Assembly: GCF_006345805.1 (NCBI RefSeq)
Contig: NC_043013.1
Coordinates: forward strand, 7,626,001-7,690,000
DNA from: Octopus sinensis
Lineage: Eukaryota
Length of the DNA stretch: 64,000 bases
Direction: 5' to 3'
Position numbers and translations under genes: made by a program
Shown here: positions 63,001-64,000 of the stretch, one piece after another
Numbering within the stretch: position 1 is the first letter of the stretch
How the letters are laid out: every line of letters begins with the position of its first letter
The notes under the pieces: model-generated
Seen by the model: only the letters and a program-made list of their open reading frames with translations
Told to the model about the DNA's origin: nothing
Database searches by the model: none

Positions 63001-63920
63001 TTTTTTTGCTATTCCTTACAAGACAAACAGAAGCACATGGCATTAAGTCCCCAGCGTGGCTGTCTGGACACTGACAACTTGGCCCAACTGACCAGCTATT
63101 CAACCTGCCATGGCAATAGTATGTTTTGGCACTGGATGCATTATGTCTATGTCCAGCCTGCAGCTTCCCTTCTATGTAAGGCCGTTATCGTTTATGGCCA
63201 ATATAATGAATAAAGAAGCTTGCTCTCCAACCACGTGGTTCCTGGTTCAGTCCCACTGCATGATACCTCGATCAAGTGTTTCCTGCTATTACTTCAGGCT
63301 GATCAAAACCTTGTGGGAGGATTTGCTAGATGAAAATTGAAAGAAGACCATCGTATACACATGTGTGTCTGTGATTGTCCTCTACCGCTACTCGACAACC
63401 TATGTTGTGTTTATGCAAAAAGAGAGAGAGATAGAATAAGTTACAGGTTTAAAAAAAAAGTCCCGGTATAGGTACAGGAGTGGCTGTGTGGTAAGTATAT
63501 ATGTATATATATGTATGCGTGTGTGTGTGTCTGTGTTTGTCCCCCTAGCATTGCTTGACAACCGATGCTGGTGTGTTTATGTCCCCATTACTTAGCGGTT
63601 CAGCAAAAGAGACCGATAGAATAAGTACTGGGCTTACAAAAGAATAAGTCCAAGGGTCGAGTTGCTTGATTAAAGGTGGTGCTCCAGCATGGCCGCATTC
63701 AAATGACTGAAACAAGTAAAAGAATAAAAAAAGAAAAGAAAAGAAAAGAAAGTATCAATTCATTTGACGGAAAATTCTTGAAGGTGGTGCTACAGCATGG
63801 CCATGATCTAATGGCCAAAACAAGTAAAAGATTCACACAGAAAATAATTAAAGGCAACATGGCATATGGCTGAAGCCATTACCTTCTTTGATCATCAGCA
63901 GATGAACATGGTAACTTTAA

Positions 63921-64000
63921 CCCTTTAGCACTCAGATTATTCTGTCAAATGTAAAGCTTATGTATTCACACCATTTTAGAGCAATCATGCATCTTTTCAT
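63921..64000. mobile_element. Left end of a piggyBac-type MITE, cut by the window edge
   Basis: TTAA|ccctttagcactcagattattctg matches 38934 onward. Confidence 0.6.

Overview
Eukaryotic, AT-rich, microsatellite-dense DNA. The repeat content (several tRNA-headed SINE families, RTE LINE 3' ends, TA/CA/GATA runs) is of the kind known from octopus (coleoid cephalopod) genomes; this taxonomic call is by recognition, not by a database search. The window is essentially intronic/intergenic. Almost all ORFs in the supplied track are artefacts of microsatellites or SINEs. Supportable content: many SINE copies built from interchangeable head and tail modules; decayed LINE 3' fragments of at least three clades (CR1/L2, RTE including one with three C2H2 fingers, and an R4/Dong-type fragment inside a TAA microsatellite); RTE 3'UTRs carrying ~65-nt tandem hairpin arrays; two non-autonomous Helitrons; piggyBac- and Tc2/pogo-type MITEs; a Tigger-like remnant; several long fold-back elements; a degenerate hammerhead-like motif in a Penelope-like fragment; and an orphan GC-rich broken ORF with a poly(A) tail. 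A tentative frame-consistent chain of short minus-strand exons (61.6k, 38.4k, 27.8k, 22.4k) and a few plus-strand exon candidates suggest host gene(s), none of which I can name. I found no CRISPR array, rRNA, true tRNA or prokaryotic system, and no clearly demonstrable new biological system; the findings are leads only.
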